Below the pieces are notes generated by a model, which was not told the DNA's origin, did no database searches, and worked only from the letters and a program-made list of their open reading frames with translations. From Spirochaetia bacterium (GTDB lineage Bacteria; Spirochaetota; Spirochaetia; DSM-2461), in contig OY764216.1 of NCBI GenBank assembly GCA_963668315.1, positions 1,792,001 to 1,856,000 of the forward strand: a stretch of 64,000 nt of DNA, in the 5' to 3' direction. Below are positions 21,489-31,747 of the stretch, in pieces. Every line of letters starts with the position of its first letter. Position 1 is the first letter of the stretch. A program made the translations under genes and the position numbers.

Positions 21489-21517
21489 AATCGCCGTTTA
21501 TCTGTTATTATGTGCCT

Positions 21518-22216
21518 ATGTCCATCGGAGTGACTTTACTGACTAAGGATAGTCAAACGGCCGCTGATTTAGCTCCCTTCTTGAAAAAGCAGGGGTACAA
21601 TCTGTTAAATCTGAATATGAACGCCAAATCAGCCTTGCCTCCCGGTTGTATGGATGCCGATCTAGTTCTCTATGAAGCGCTTAATAATGATCATTCCGCC
21701 CTGGTTCATACCAAGGAGCTGATAGAATTTCAGAAAAAACCAGTCATTATTCTCGCAAGAAATCTTAATGATCTGTTTAAAGCGGAGTTTTACCGTCTGG
21801 GTGTGCAGGATCTTATTATGGCTCCCTGGTTTTATAAAGTCGTGGATATGAGGATAAAGCAGGCTCTGCAGAGGGAAGGGTACAGGGAGAAGGAAAGACC
21901 CGTGGTAGAGTGGCAGCTGGGAAACGATATTCTTATCATTGAATCGGAACGGCACCGGGCTTTTATTAACGGGGAAGAGCTGAAGCTGACCTTCAGTCAG
22001 TGGAATATTCTCTCGACCCTTGTGGGAAACGGCGGTGTGGCTCTCTCCCGAAACTACCTGCTCCGGGAGTGTCTTCACTTCGAACAGGGTGACACGCGCA
22101 CCCTGGATAATCATATTAAAAACATACGAAAAGTGCTGGGAAGCAGCGATCATATAGAAACAATGCACGGTTACGGTTACAAACTGAACGGCCGGCAGGT
22201 TAAGAAGGATGCATAG
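21518..22216 (+). CDS. OmpR/PhoB-family regulator with a pseudo-receiver domain
   Basis: wHTH TLDNHIKNIRK and IETMHGYGY; the phospho-Asp position appears to be Glu (LVLYE). Confidence 0.85.
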   Translation: MSIGVTLLTKDSQTAADLAPFLKKQGYNLLNLNMNAKSALPPGCMDADLVLYEALNNDHSALVHTKELIEFQKKPVIILARNLNDLFKAEFYRLGVQDLIMAPWFYKVVDMRIKQALQREGYREKERPVVEWQLGNDILIIESERHRAFINGEELKLTFSQWNILSTLVGNGGVALSRNYLLRECLHFEQGDTRTLDNHIKNIRKVLGSSDHIETMHGYGYKLNGRQVKKDA

Positions 22217-22225
22217 GAGATAATT

Positions 22226-22918
22226 ATGGATAAAACCGCCGTACTTGATTTGGGAGGTTCCCTTGTAGCCCAGGAAAAGATGGATGTGGATTTTCTTGGG
22301 AGGATCAGAACATTCCTGGCTGAATGGCTTGAAGAAGATAGAGAGAGAAGAATCATTCTAATCATCGGAGGCGGTTATCCGGCCCGTGTCTTCCAGGATA
22401 CCTATCGTCAGGTTGTGGGAGAAGGGGCGTGTTCCGAGGAGCAGGATTGGCTGGGAATTATGGCCACCCGTCTGAATGCCCAGCTGGTAAAGGCTATGTT
22501 TGCCGATTATTGCCATGATGAAGTGGTCTATGATCCTACGTCCGTCAGCCGGATGACCGGCAGGGTTCTTGTCGGTGCAGGGTGGAAACCTGGATGGTCT
22601 ACCGATTACGATGCCGTCCTGCTGGCGGAGAAATTCGGCGCGAAACAGGTTCTGAACCTTTCAAACATACAAAAGGTCTATACTGCCGATCCGCGCAAAG
22701 TTCCGACCGCCCAGCCGCTGGACTCCATCAGCTGGACCGATTACCGCGCCATGTGCGGAGATGAATGGACGCCCGGCATGAACGCTCCTTTTGATCCCGT
22801 GGCCAGTAAAAAGGCCCACGAGATCGGTCTGGAAGTCGTTGTCGCCGACGGAAGGGATCTGGAAAACCTGCGGAATATCCTGGATGGGAAAGAGTACACG
22901 GGAACCTTGATTTCGTAA
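22226..22918 (+). CDS. pyrH: UMP kinase, archaeal/spirochaete type
   Basis: LGGSL, GGG.PAR, DWLGIMATRLNA, PGWSTDYDA, VYTADP, PFDP. Confidence 0.9.
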   Translation: MDKTAVLDLGGSLVAQEKMDVDFLGRIRTFLAEWLEEDRERRIILIIGGGYPARVFQDTYRQVVGEGACSEEQDWLGIMATRLNAQLVKAMFADYCHDEVVYDPTSVSRMTGRVLVGAGWKPGWSTDYDAVLLAEKFGAKQVLNLSNIQKVYTADPRKVPTAQPLDSISWTDYRAMCGDEWTPGMNAPFDPVASKKAHEIGLEVVVADGRDLENLRNILDGKEYTGTLIS

Positions 22919-22956
22919 AAAAAGAGAAGTATCAGAGTGCTATTAGTGTGGTTCTG

Positions 22957-23820
22957 TCAAACAGGACCATCGGAAGCACTCCATATCACCCGGGATAATT
23001 CAGCTGCAAAGGGTTCTCTGTCACGGAAATCCGGAAGCCAGTCACTGCCCGTTTCCAGTTCCTGAATAAATCCGTCCTCAATCCCGAATTGCTCCAGCTT
23101 ATCGAGTACCTCTTCGTACTCCTCCTCCGATACGTATCGTTCCGGAATGGACCGTGTCTCGCCGGGGATATGCACCGGAGTATATTGGGATAGAAGGGAA
23201 AGAAGGGCCCGGTCTTTTCCGTATTCGCCGAACCAGGCTATCAGCTCAGTCGTAATCTGCGGGTAACCGGGAATAATCAGATGTCTGACAATAGTTCCCT
23301 TTTTCATCATGCCCTCATCATCGAGTATGACGGGGGACCGGTTGATCATGAACTTCACCGCTTCCCGTGCCCGTTCTGCATACTGCTCCCTTCCATAGAT
23401 TTCTTCCGCCCACGCCGGTGTTACGGTTTTCAGGTCGGGAAGCCAGATATCGACATAATCGGCCAGCTCCTCCAGCCTTTCTGTTTTTTCGTAAGCAGAT
23501 GAGTTCCAGAGAACCGGCAGTTCCAGGCCTCTTTCTCGTGCTTCCCTGATAACCTCGATAAGCTGAGGTATATAATGGCTGCCGGTGACAAAATTGATAT
23601 TGGCCGCTCCGGCACTTTGCAGTTTCAGGCAGATGTCCGCCCCTTCCTTTACGGTCAGTTCCTGTCCTATCAAGCCCCGGCTTATCTGCCAGTTCTGACA
23701 GAAGGGACAGCGGAGGTTGCATCCCGAGAGAAAAAATGTCCCGCTCCCCCTGTCTCCGACGAGAGGAGGCTCTTCCCCGAAATGGAGAGACGCCAGGGCG
23801 GCTTTAAATGTTTTACCCAT
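22957..23820 (-). CDS. PflX-like radical SAM protein
   Basis: HFGEEPPL.G..GSG.FF.SGCNLRCPFCQN and VRHL.IPG. The start at 23820 overlaps the upstream stop. Confidence 0.85.
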   Translation of the reverse strand: MGKTFKAALASLHFGEEPPLVGDRGSGTFFLSGCNLRCPFCQNWQISRGLIGQELTVKEGADICLKLQSAGAANINFVTGSHYIPQLIEVIREARERGLELPVLWNSSAYEKTERLEELADYVDIWLPDLKTVTPAWAEEIYGREQYAERAREAVKFMINRSPVILDDEGMMKKGTIVRHLIIPGYPQITTELIAWFGEYGKDRALLSLLSQYTPVHIPGETRSIPERYVSEEEYEEVLDKLEQFGIEDGFIQELETGSDWLPDFRDREPFAAELSRVIWSASDGPV

Positions 23821-25252
23821 GGAAGGTCTCATAAAAGAGCCGGCATGCCTTGACCGTGGCGTAGACATCGATTTTCGACGTGATTTCCAGAGGGGCGTGC
23901 ATTCCCATGACAGGGGTGCCCATATCGATGGTATGTATCCCGTAACGGGAGAGCAGGGACGCCACGGTACCGCCGCCGCCTTCATCTACCCGCCCCAGTT
24001 CTGAGATCTGCCAGGGAATATTTCCTCCGTCCAGCATATGGCGCAGGGCGGCCAGGTATTCCGCATCGGCATCATTGCTTCCCGATTTTCCCCGGGCGCC
24101 GGTATATTTGTTCAGGTTGACTCCCATACCCAGACGGGCGGCATTGTTCAGGTCATGAACGCTTTTGAAGTTGTAGTCCACCGCACCGGCCACATCGGTG
24201 GAGAGAGCATGGGAACGGGATAATATCTCCCGGAAGAGTACTTCGGAGTAATTCTGTTTTAAAGAGGCGGTTATTCGGCTCAGGGAGTGGTAGAAAAAGA
24301 AAGACTCCATTCCAGTGGCACCCACCGATCCTATTTCTTCTTTATCAGCCAGAAAGGCGACGCAGGTTCGTTCCGGAATTTCCTCCAGGTCGAATAATCC
24401 CCGCAGGTTGGCATAGGCGCAGACACGGTCATCCTGTCCGTGGGCGAGAATCATGCTGCGGTCCAGCCCCAGATCTCGGGCGTTGTCCGCCGGAACGATT
24501 TCCAGCTCCGCGGAGAGAAAATCATCCTCCGTCATTGAGTACTTCCCGTTGAGAAGTTCCAGAGCGGCCAGCTTTACGGCATCCTTGATCTCGGGATTGT
24601 CCACGGGGCGATGGGCCAGGAGCACATTGAGCTGTTCTCCCGTTATGATTTCCGGCAGTTTTTTTTCTCTTTGCACTTTGGCATTCAGATGGACGAGTAT
24701 ATCGGGGATGGTAAAGACCGGATCGGAAGGGTCGCTGCCGATATCTATCCTTCTAACTGTACCGTCCTTCAGAGCCACGACGCCGGTTATGGCCAGGGGA
24801 ATCTGAACCCAGTGATATTTTTTTATTCCCCCGTAATAATGGGTCTTCAGGTAGGCCGTATGGCTGTCTCCGTCTTCCACCAGGGGATTGGGCTTCACAT
24901 CGAGACGGGGGGAATCTATATGGGAGGCGCAGATGGAAAAACCCTTGTCTACGCTGTTTTTTCCGATGACGGCGAGAAGAATATTTTTTCCTCTGTTGGT
25001 AAAAAAGACTTTGGACCCCGGCGCGGGATCGGCCACTTCTTCAAAGGGGAGATACCCTTCGGCTCTTGCTGCTCTCTCTGCCTTTTCTACAAAGAAACGC
25101 TCGTTCTTTCCTTCGTCAAGATAGGTTTTATACTCTTCACAGAGGGTAAAGGTATCCTTTTTTTCCTCTTCACTGAAGACATGCCAGGCCGTATCAACCT
25201 GACGGAAAAGCAGTTTTTTTCTTTCTTCCTCGGCGGAAATATTGTCATCCAT
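23813..25252 (-). CDS. apeA: M18-family aminopeptidase
   Basis: HIDSPRLD, HYYGGIKKY, GQDDR, DKEEIGS, GGGGT, MHAP. Confidence 0.9.
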   Translation of the reverse strand: MDDNISAEEERKKLLFRQVDTAWHVFSEEEKKDTFTLCEEYKTYLDEGKNERFFVEKAERAARAEGYLPFEEVADPAPGSKVFFTNRGKNILLAVIGKNSVDKGFSICASHIDSPRLDVKPNPLVEDGDSHTAYLKTHYYGGIKKYHWVQIPLAITGVVALKDGTVRRIDIGSDPSDPVFTIPDILVHLNAKVQREKKLPEIITGEQLNVLLAHRPVDNPEIKDAVKLAALELLNGKYSMTEDDFLSAELEIVPADNARDLGLDRSMILAHGQDDRVCAYANLRGLFDLEEIPERTCVAFLADKEEIGSVGATGMESFFFYHSLSRITASLKQNYSEVLFREILSRSHALSTDVAGAVDYNFKSVHDLNNAARLGMGVNLNKYTGARGKSGSNDADAEYLAALRHMLDGGNIPWQISELGRVDEGGGGTVASLLSRYGIHTIDMGTPVMGMHAPLEITSKIDVYATVKACRLFYETFHG

Positions 25253-25465
25253 ATATGAATCAGCTCCTTTCTCCGGAATCGGGATTAACAGTACATACTA
25301 AGTTTATAAAATGGGGCAGGTCAACATGGGATACTTTGAAATCAAATGAATTTGGCAGTTTTTATAGCTTTTTGTCTTTACGTTTTTCAATCTATCGTTG
25401 ATAATAATGCAATGAATAGGGGAGATGTTTCATCTTCCTGAAAAATATTTTAAGGAGAGTGTCTC

Positions 25466-27088
25466 ATGAAGAAAGTACTGATCGTACTCATGGCGCTGTT
25501 AATGGTATTCAGCCTTGCCGCGAACGGAAAGTCCGATAGCGACAGTTCCGCCAAAGGCGAATTCACTGAATTCATTGTCAACAACTTAGCCGAACCCGAA
25601 TCTCTGGATCCCCACAAAATCACGGGAGTTCCCGAGCACAACCTCTACCAGGCTCTTTTTGAAGGTCTGATTTCCTTCGACCCCAAAACGGGTCGCGGTA
25701 TTCCCGGTATCGCCGAGAGCTGGGATATCACGAACGGTGGAAAGACCTATACCTTCCACCTCCGTGATGCCGTATGGAGTGATGGAGTAGCTATCACGGC
25801 TCAGACTGTATACGATTCCTGGATCCGCGGTCTTGATCCCGAAACAGCCAACCCCTACGCCTGGTTCCCCAATATGTTTATCGCCGGTGCCGCCGAATTC
25901 AACGGTGGAGAGGCCGGTCCCGATGCCGTACAGATCAAAGTTATCGATGACAAAACCTTCGAGATGGACCTTGTCGGTCCTCTTCCCTATGTTATCGACG
26001 CTCTGGCCCACTACGCCTTCGCCATCGTCCCCATGCATGTCATCAACGAATTCGGCAGCGACTGGATCAAACCGGAAAACTTTGTTTCCGACGGTCCCTT
26101 CGTTCTCGATACCTGGGTTCCTCAGCAGGAACTGACCGTTGTTCCCAACGACAAGTACTGGGACAAAGACGCCGTTCAGCTCGACAAAATCACCTATCTT
26201 CCCATCGTGGATGACAATACCGGTTTCAATATGTATATGAACGGCGAGCTCGACTGGAGTGAGGAAGTGCCCCTCGACCAGATGGACGCCGTTTCCAGCG
26301 AGCCTTTCTACAAGAACGCTCCCTACCTGGGAACCTACTACTATCTGCTTGAAACCCAGACTCCTCCCTTTGACAATGTCAAGGTAAGACAGGCTCTTAA
26401 CCTCGCCTTCGACAGAGAGACTATCGTGAAGAAGATCACCAAGGGTGGTCAGATTCCCGCTTACTCCATGGTTCCCCCCATGGACGGCTATCCCTCTCTC
26501 ATCGATCCCGAAACTCAGGACCTGGCATCCAACATCGCCAAGGCAAAAGAGCTTCTCGCCGAAGCCGGATACCCCAATGGTGAAGGCTGGCCCGAAGGCA
26601 TCGAGATTCTCTACAATACCAGCGAAGCTCACAAGAAGATCGCCGAGTATATTCAGGAACAGTGGAAAGTCAATCTGGGCATTGATGTAACTCTTGTCAA
26701 CATGGAGTGGAAAACCTACCTCCAGCAGAGAAGAGAGCACAACTTCCAGATCTCCCGTTCCGGATGGATCGGAGACTATCCCGATCCCAACACCTTCCTG
26801 GACATGTTCCTCGCTCCCGAGACCATGGACGGAGAATGGGGCGGAAACTACGGACGCTACAAGAATGAGAAATTCGATTCCCTCATTGAGAAGGCTGCCA
26901 CCATGGACGCCGGAGCTGCCCGTTTCTCCACTCTGAAAGAGGCCGAAGAGATCTTTATCAATAAGGATCAGGCTCTGATCCCCATCTATTTCTATACGAC
27001 CAATCAGCTGATTGATACGGACGTATGGGGCGGTTGGTATCCCAATATCATGGACTACCATCCTCCCAAGTACATCTACAAGAAGTAG
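25466..27088 (+). CDS. oppA: Oligopeptide ABC transporter substrate-binding protein
   Basis: EPESLDP, AESW, YTFHLR..WSDG, GPF and GWIGDYPDP.TFL; high-expression codon bias. Confidence 0.93.
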   Translation: MKKVLIVLMALLMVFSLAANGKSDSDSSAKGEFTEFIVNNLAEPESLDPHKITGVPEHNLYQALFEGLISFDPKTGRGIPGIAESWDITNGGKTYTFHLRDAVWSDGVAITAQTVYDSWIRGLDPETANPYAWFPNMFIAGAAEFNGGEAGPDAVQIKVIDDKTFEMDLVGPLPYVIDALAHYAFAIVPMHVINEFGSDWIKPENFVSDGPFVLDTWVPQQELTVVPNDKYWDKDAVQLDKITYLPIVDDNTGFNMYMNGELDWSEEVPLDQMDAVSSEPFYKNAPYLGTYYYLLETQTPPFDNVKVRQALNLAFDRETIVKKITKGGQIPAYSMVPPMDGYPSLIDPETQDLASNIAKAKELLAEAGYPNGEGWPEGIEILYNTSEAHKKIAEYIQEQWKVNLGIDVTLVNMEWKTYLQQRREHNFQISRSGWIGDYPDPNTFLDMFLAPETMDGEWGGNYGRYKNEKFDSLIEKAATMDAGAARFSTLKEAEEIFINKDQALIPIYFYTTNQLIDTDVWGGWYPNIMDYHPPKYIYKK

Positions 27089-27114
27089 TTACAGGCTGAT
27101 CGTATGATCAGCGA

Positions 27115-27140
27115 CGGGGGAGAGGTCCGCCTCTCCCCCG
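27115..27140 (+). promoter_or_regulatory. Perfect 11-bp intercistronic stem-loop between oppA and oppB (mRNA stabiliser or partial terminator)
   Basis: CGGGGGAGAGG-TCCG-CCTCTCCCCCG. Confidence 0.7.
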
Positions 27141-27196
27141 ATCTTTGTGTTCCGGGCAATTCTCTTTGCACCGGAAAATTTAATATAGGATTTTAT

Positions 27197-28129
27197 ATGG
27201 TACGTTATTTATTGCGTAGTTTTCTGGGTATGGTTCTTACCCTCTTTGTTACGATTACTCTGACTTTTTTTATAGTCAGAGCCGCTCCGGGCGGTCCCTA
27301 CGATATGGAAAGGGTGCTTCCTCCCGAAGTGAAAGCGAATATTGAAGCAAAATATCACCTTAACGATCCGCTGGTAAAACAGTATTACGATTACATGACC
27401 GACATCATTTTCCGGTTTGATCTGGGTGACTCTTTTACATATAATGACAGAAGCGTGAATTACTATATATTCACTTCTCTTCCCCACTCAATGATTCTTG
27501 GTTTCGTTGCTCTGGCATTATCTACCGTATTGGGAATAGGAGCCGGTATTATTTCGGCGATAAAGCAGAACCGGTGGCAGGACTATCTGTCCATGTCCGT
27601 CGCGGTTATAGGAATCTCCATTCCCCTTTTTGTTATCGGACCCCTGCTCATGTATATTTTCGCCATGAAGCTGAAGTGGCTCCCCACATCGGGATGGATT
27701 AACGGGAGAAACGGCTGGGTTACCATTATCATGCCCGTCGTGACCCTTTCCTTTCCCTATTTCGCCCGTATCGCCCGTCTTTCCAGGGCCAGTGTCCTGG
27801 AAGTTCTCAAGAGCGATTACATAAGAACGGCCCGTGCAAAGGGACTTTCTTCGGGTGTTATCATCTTCAAGCATGTACTCAAGGGATCTCTGCTGCCCGT
27901 CGTCAGTTATCTCGGACCAGCCTTTGCCGCCATCATGACCGGGTCTCTTGTTGTTGAGCAGATTTTCCGGGTTCCCGGAATGGGATCCTATTTTACCCGA
28001 TCCGCTTTGAACAGGGACTATACCCTGCTTATGGGGGCGATGATCGTATATTCCATTATTTTGATTGTTATGAATTTTATTGTAGATATCGTTTATTCCG
28101 TTCTTGATCCGAGGGTTAGTTATGAGTGA
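27197..28129 (+). CDS. oppB: Oligopeptide ABC permease
   Basis: APGGP, DLG.S, DYIRTARAKGL (EAA loop) and NRDY. Start reassigned to the ATG at 27197. Confidence 0.92.
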   Translation: MVRYLLRSFLGMVLTLFVTITLTFFIVRAAPGGPYDMERVLPPEVKANIEAKYHLNDPLVKQYYDYMTDIIFRFDLGDSFTYNDRSVNYYIFTSLPHSMILGFVALALSTVLGIGAGIISAIKQNRWQDYLSMSVAVIGISIPLFVIGPLLMYIFAMKLKWLPTSGWINGRNGWVTIIMPVVTLSFPYFARIARLSRASVLEVLKSDYIRTARAKGLSSGVIIFKHVLKGSLLPVVSYLGPAFAAIMTGSLVVEQIFRVPGMGSYFTRSALNRDYTLLMGAMIVYSIILIVMNFIVDIVYSVLDPRVSYE

Positions 28130-29186
28130 AGCAACTAATGAATTCAACCAGCCTATCAAGGGCAACAGTCTGGGCGCCGATGCGTGGAGACGTCTGAAGA
28201 AGAATCATATGGCTTTCATAAGCTTCTTCATCGTAGTCTTTTATGTTCTCGTTTCAATCTTCGCTCCCGTGCTGCCCATTCACTCCTATACCTCGCAGAA
28301 TCTGGATCATCAGAATCTTCCCCCCTCATTCAAGACGGCCGACAAGGTCATGGTCAATGTGGAGATCAGGAAGATTGAGAAGATCATGAAGAGGGACGGC
28401 CGCACGGAGATGTCCGCCGATGAGCTCGCCTCCTTGGACGAGTTCCGCGAGGAGGTAGCCAATGCGAGAGTCATGCGTGACGGCGTTGAGGTGAATCCCA
28501 ACAAAATACGGTACATCTTCGGTACGGACGATCTGGGGCGTGACCTCCTGGCCCGCGTTATCTACGGCGGCCAGATTTCCATAGCCATTGGATTTATCGG
28601 AACCCTGACGGCCGTTCTCATAGGAATCCTGGTGGGTTCCATTGCCGGTTATGTGGGCGGACGGGTGGATTTCTTCCTCATGAGACTGGTCGATCTCCTC
28701 TACGGTATGCCCTATATCTTCATCGTTATTATCATACTGGCCTTGTTCGGCGGTAATATCATGGCCCTGTTTTTTGCCCTGTCCTTTGTCAGCTGGCTGA
28801 CCACTTCCCGGGTTGTTAGGGGACAGATTATCTCCCTTAAGAACTCGCTGTTTGTAGAGGCCGCCCGTTCCATGGGAGCCTCTTCGGGGCGTATTATCAT
28901 CCAGCACTTACTGCCTAACAGTTTTGGTATTATCATTGTCTTCGCCACGCTGCAGATTCCCTCCTTCATCATGCAGGAGTCCTTTCTCTCCTTCCTGGGA
29001 CTGGGTATCTCCGCTCCCTTCGCTTCCTGGGGATCCCTGATCAACGACGGTGTCGGCGGAATGACCAATTATCCCTGGCGTCTCTTTTTTCCCGCTCTGG
29101 CAATGACGGTCTTTCTGTTTGCCATGAACTTCCTGGGCGACGGTTTGCGCGATGCCTTTGATCCGCAGAGTAAGAATGAGCTTTAG
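28122..29186 (+). CDS. oppC: Oligopeptide ABC permease
   Basis: FGTDDLGRDL, FVEAARSMGAS, ESFLSFLGLG, GDGLRDAFDP. Confidence 0.92.
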   Translation: MSEATNEFNQPIKGNSLGADAWRRLKKNHMAFISFFIVVFYVLVSIFAPVLPIHSYTSQNLDHQNLPPSFKTADKVMVNVEIRKIEKIMKRDGRTEMSADELASLDEFREEVANARVMRDGVEVNPNKIRYIFGTDDLGRDLLARVIYGGQISIAIGFIGTLTAVLIGILVGSIAGYVGGRVDFFLMRLVDLLYGMPYIFIVIIILALFGGNIMALFFALSFVSWLTTSRVVRGQIISLKNSLFVEAARSMGASSGRIIIQHLLPNSFGIIIVFATLQIPSFIMQESFLSFLGLGISAPFASWGSLINDGVGGMTNYPWRLFFPALAMTVFLFAMNFLGDGLRDAFDPQSKNEL

Positions 29187-29197
29187 GAGTACGAAGA

Positions 29198-30187
29198 ATG
29201 GCAGAAGATAAAGCAATATTAGAGGTAAAGAACCTCAAGACATATTTCAAGACCGACGCAGGCATCGTGAAAGCGGTGGACGGAGTGAATTTTACTCTTA
29301 AAAAAGGGGAAACTCTGGGCATCGTGGGTGAGTCCGGTTCGGGCAAATCGGTAACGAATCTTTCGGTTATGAAACTGATCCCCAGCCCTCCCGGAAAGAT
29401 TGTGGACGGGGAAGTGCTCATGAATGGTCAGAATATTCTGGAGATGAATAACAGACAGCTTTCCCATATCCGGGGAAACAAGATCTCCATGATTTTCCAG
29501 GACCCCATGACCTCCCTCAATCCTTTTCTCAAAATCTCCACCCAGATGATCGAGACGATTATGCTGCACCAGAAAATGGTGAAGGACGACGCGAGAAAAA
29601 GAGCTGTCGAGATGCTCAAGCTGGTGGGAATCCCCGCCCCTGAAAAGAGAATTGACGCCTATCCCCATCAGTTTTCCGGCGGTATGAGACAGAGAGTTAT
29701 GATCGCCATGGCGCTCAGCTGCAATCCCGAGGTCCTTATTGCCGACGAACCGACGACAGCCCTGGACGTTACCATCCAGGCCCAGATTCTTGAGCTTATC
29801 AATGAACTTTCCGATAAACTGGGGACGGCTGTTATCATGATTACCCATGACCTGGGTGTTGTCGCCGGTATGTGCGACCATGTCTGCGTCATGTACGCCG
29901 GCCGTATCGTGGAAAAAGCGGCCACTGATGATCTGTTCAAAGATCCGAAACATCCCTATACGGTGGGGCTGATAAAATCTGTCCCCCGTCTGGATCAGGG
30001 AAAGGATGAAGAGCTTTATTCCATCCAGGGACAGCCCCCCAACCTTATCGACCTTCCCGACTGCTGTCCCTTCCATCCCCGTTGCGAGAAAGCCAGTGAT
30101 ATCTGTCGCAGGCAGTATCCGCCGGAAACCGCCCTGGGCAGTGAGCGTTTTGTGCGCTGCTGGCTCTACAATGAGGAGAACAAGTAA
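29198..30187 (+). CDS. oppD: Oligopeptide ABC ATPase
   Basis: [29 protein letters not shown]-terminal C.F.PRC. Confidence 0.93.
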   Translation: MAEDKAILEVKNLKTYFKTDAGIVKAVDGVNFTLKKGETLGIVGESGSGKSVTNLSVMKLIPSPPGKIVDGEVLMNGQNILEMNNRQLSHIRGNKISMIFQDPMTSLNPFLKISTQMIETIMLHQKMVKDDARKRAVEMLKLVGIPAPEKRIDAYPHQFSGGMRQRVMIAMALSCNPEVLIADEPTTALDVTIQAQILELINELSDKLGTAVIMITHDLGVVAGMCDHVCVMYAGRIVEKAATDDLFKDPKHPYTVGLIKSVPRLDQGKDEELYSIQGQPPNLIDLPDCCPFHPRCEKASDICRRQYPPETALGSERFVRCWLYNEENK

Positions 30188-31179
30188 TGGCAGAAGATAT
30201 GAATAAGGATGAAATCCTGCTGGAGGTCAGGGACCTGAAGCAGCATTTTCCCATCAAGCACTCACACAATGTTATCAGGGCTGTTGACGGCATCAGCTTC
30301 AGCTTGAAGAAAGGGGAAACCCTGGGACTGGTGGGTGAGTCGGGCTGCGGCAAATCCACCACGGCCCGGGCCATCAACTACCTTTACACGCCCACCTCAG
30401 GGGATATCGTTCTGGACGGCGTCAAGCTGACAGAGCTGTCCAAGAAAGAGATGGCGGCAGTCCGTAAGGATATGCAGATGGTTTTTCAGGATCCCTACGC
30501 CTCCCTGAATCCGAGAATGACAGTTAACCAGATAATTCTGGAGCCCCTTAAGATCAACAGGAACAGGGGCGTCATCAATATGACACCCCGCGAAATGGAT
30601 AAGAGAGTAGAGGAACTCATGGAGATCGTCGGTCTGGGAAGAAACCTCAAGAACCGCTTTCCCCATGAATTTTCCGGTGGACAGAGACAGCGTATCGGTA
30701 TCGCCCGGGCCCTGGCTCTGAATCCCAAGCTGATTCTGCTCGATGAACCCGTATCGGCTCTGGATGTTTCCATTCAGTCCCAGGTTCTGAATCTTCTGAC
30801 CAAACTTCAGAAGGAATTCGGTTTGACCTACCTGTTCATCGCCCATGACCTGGCCGTCGTGAAATATATCAGCGACCGGGTTGCCGTTATGTACCTGGGT
30901 AAGCTGGTGGAGGTATCCCCCTCGGCAGAGCTGTATGACAAACCGCTCCATCCCTATACACAGGCCCTGCTTTCAGCCGTTCCCATTCCCGATCCGGAAG
31001 TGGAAAAGACACGGCAGAGAATCATCCTGGAAGGGGACGTTCCCTCTCCCGATAAGGTTCAGAAAGGGTGTTATTTCTGCGAGCGCTGTCCCAAGGTCAT
31101 GGATAAATGCCGCAGCAACATACCGGAACTGAAAACCATAGAAGGAAAGCATCAGGTAGCCTGCTGGCTTTACGAATAG
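30187..31179 (+). CDS. oppF: Oligopeptide ABC ATPase
   Basis: [28 protein letters not shown]. Confidence 0.93.
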   Translation: MAEDMNKDEILLEVRDLKQHFPIKHSHNVIRAVDGISFSLKKGETLGLVGESGCGKSTTARAINYLYTPTSGDIVLDGVKLTELSKKEMAAVRKDMQMVFQDPYASLNPRMTVNQIILEPLKINRNRGVINMTPREMDKRVEELMEIVGLGRNLKNRFPHEFSGGQRQRIGIARALALNPKLILLDEPVSALDVSIQSQVLNLLTKLQKEFGLTYLFIAHDLAVVKYISDRVAVMYLGKLVEVSPSAELYDKPLHPYTQALLSAVPIPDPEVEKTRQRIILEGDVPSPDKVQKGCYFCERCPKVMDKCRSNIPELKTIEGKHQVACWLYE

Positions 31180-31194
31180 AAGAAACGGTCCGGT

Positions 31195-31704
31195 TTACGC
31201 CGGGCCGTCTTCATTTATAAGAAAGGGTACTTTCAGGAAGTCGGCTATGACCTCTCCCTTTTCCTGAAGTCTGACCGTATTCCTGTTTTTATCTATCATC
31301 AGGGTCTCTTCTGTTCCGTCGGCTAATATAAGTTTGACCAGTCCCTGTTCCGTCTGATACCATTTCCTGTCGGATCCGGGTTCTACGGGGCTGTTTTCGC
31401 CGCGGATAAAAGTCTTCAGCTGTACAGCCGACACATCTTCAGGCGAAATATCTCTTTTCTGCAGGGGGAGGGCAAAGAGGTAGAAGCGGAACGCTATCCG
31501 CTCCCCGGAAAAGAGCCAGCGCTCTCTGAATGTCAGCCCCGCGAGAAAGGCAAGTGTGACGAGAACGAGCCAGGCCGTTATCATCGTATTTGACCCCATA
31601 TACCACAGTGAAATGACCGTGGGAAGAGCAAAAGCGGCGTTCAGGACTCTGCCTGAACTGAGAATCAGGGCATCTTTCCTTTTTTTTAACTGATAATCCA
31701 TCAA
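31195..31704 (-). CDS. Hypothetical membrane protein (2 TM + soluble domain)
   Basis: Fills the gap between oppF and the next gene, has an RBS and two hydrophobic segments. Confidence 0.65.
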   Translation of the reverse strand: MMDYQLKKRKDALILSSGRVLNAAFALPTVISLWYMGSNTMITAWLVLVTLAFLAGLTFRERWLFSGERIAFRFYLFALPLQKRDISPEDVSAVQLKTFIRGENSPVEPGSDRKWYQTEQGLVKLILADGTEETLMIDKNRNTVRLQEKGEVIADFLKVPFLINEDGPA

Positions 31705-31747
31705 TCGGACTCCTCATTTACCTGTTATGCATTATACTGATTATAGC

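Noticed and set aside
25351..25370. sigma54 promoter upstream of oppA (TTGGCAGTTTTTATAGC)
   Set aside because: GG-to-GC spacing is 11 instead of the required 10.
25586..27061. 491-aa antisense ORF over oppA (and similar long antisense ORFs at 5971-7209, 13508-14560, 15818-17146, 37261-38592, 38713-39597, 62096-63598)
   Set aside because: Shadow frames caused by the codon bias of clear sense-strand genes; they carry no recognisable motifs.
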